A DNA stretch of 63,268 bases, counting the filler, from Intoshia linei (Eukaryota; Animalia; Orthonectida), in the NCBI GenBank assembly GCA_001642005.1. It is 10 parts of 10 records of this genome, joined end to end, with 100 filler letters (N's around TTAATTAATTAA, not from the genome) between each part and the next. Parts side by side here need not be neighbours in the genome. Positions count along the whole stretch, not along the records: positions 62,053 to 63,268 come from LWCA01002780.1; 9 more parts are not named here. One strand, given 5' to 3'. Position 1 is the first letter of the stretch, and each line of letters starts with the position of its first letter. Below are positions 62,389 through 63,268 of the stretch, in pieces. The position numbers were made by a program, and so were the translations under genes. The notes beneath the pieces were generated by a model. It did no database searches. It was given only the letters and a program-made list of their open reading frames with translations, and was not told the origin of the DNA.

Positions 62389-63268
62389 ATAATGTTAATA
62401 ATTATAATAATAATAAATGTTAATATCTAATCAAATTTCATAATTAATAATTTATTTTACATTATTATAAAATAATTAGATGGTAAATTATTTTATTATT
62501 ATTGAATGCCAATCATTAATCGTACCCAAAACAAATGGAAGATTAATTTATTACTTCGCCATATGTTAATTGATTCCATAGTGCACAGTTTCAATAATAT
62601 TAGTATAAATTTTATTTTAATAATGGTTCAACCTTTTGTGTTTAAATTACAACAAAAAAACAGCTTGTTGATCAATATTTTGATTTTTGCATGTTTCATA
62701 GTGATAATAATAATAATTTACAACATAATCAACAGAAAATTTAAGTTACATTGTTAAAAGTCAAGAGAATTATTTAATAATTGTTGTAACCCGAATTAAA
62801 AANAAATTACAACAAAAAAACAGCTTGTTGATCAATATTTTGATTTTTGCATGTTTCATATTGTGATAATAATAATAATAATTTACAACATAATCAACAG
62901 AAAATCTAAGTTACATTGTTAAAAGTCAAGAGAATTATTTAATAATTGTTGTAACCCGAATTAAAAAAAAATATGAAATGTATGTGTATTTACATTGCAT
63001 TTATGTTTCTACTTGATTTCTAGACGGCGATACGTGTTGTATCGTATCATACAACTACTAGAATAATACAGTTAAATAAAATTATCTTCCATTGATCTTT
63101 GGTATGACTCATTTTTGGTATGCGACAAGAATTTTACTTGCACTAGTTACATTTATCATATTATAATAATTTAGTATATACATTATTATACATAATATTG
63201 TATATAATATAATATAAATACATATAATATAATATGCAATATATAATATTATATAAACATGTACAAAA

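Noticed and set aside
62645-62968. About 160-bp tandem duplication
   Set aside because: Near-identical copies flank a single N at 62803; most likely overlapping contig ends or alleles

Overview
Very AT-rich animal genomic scaffold (draft assembly). Nine artificial 100-bp gap spacers (N44-TTAATTAATTAA-N44) and several single-N joins break it into contigs. Genes have many 30-40 nt GT-AG introns, with larger introns filled by DNA-transposon debris. This fits a compact, fast-evolving invertebrate parasite such as an orthonectid like Intoshia (inference only). Genes recognised by hand-splicing, mostly partial because of gaps: RPGRIP1L-like 3' half (+), FAAH-type amidase (+), eIF3f (-) head-to-head with IK/RED (+), mucolipin/TRPML (-), SARAF (+) tail-to-tail with rootletin (-), and two uncharacterised multi-exon genes (-). 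Decayed intron-containing fragments of DYNC2H1 and of a tandem-PLAT (LOXHD1-like) gene lie near the end. Mobile DNA: an internally deleted Chapaev/RAG1-related element with CACAG ends and a 4-bp TSD, several hATm remnants, many hAT MITEs with 8-bp TSDs, piggyBac-like, pogo-like and mariner MITEs, rosa-like and DD82E/Sailor-like transposase remnants, a Ty3/gypsy RT remnant and a tRNA-like head. No CRISPR, rRNA or prokaryotic system is visible. Best leads: the RAG-related element, the altered mucolipin filter and its junction with the next gene, and the pseudogenised ciliary gene fragments.
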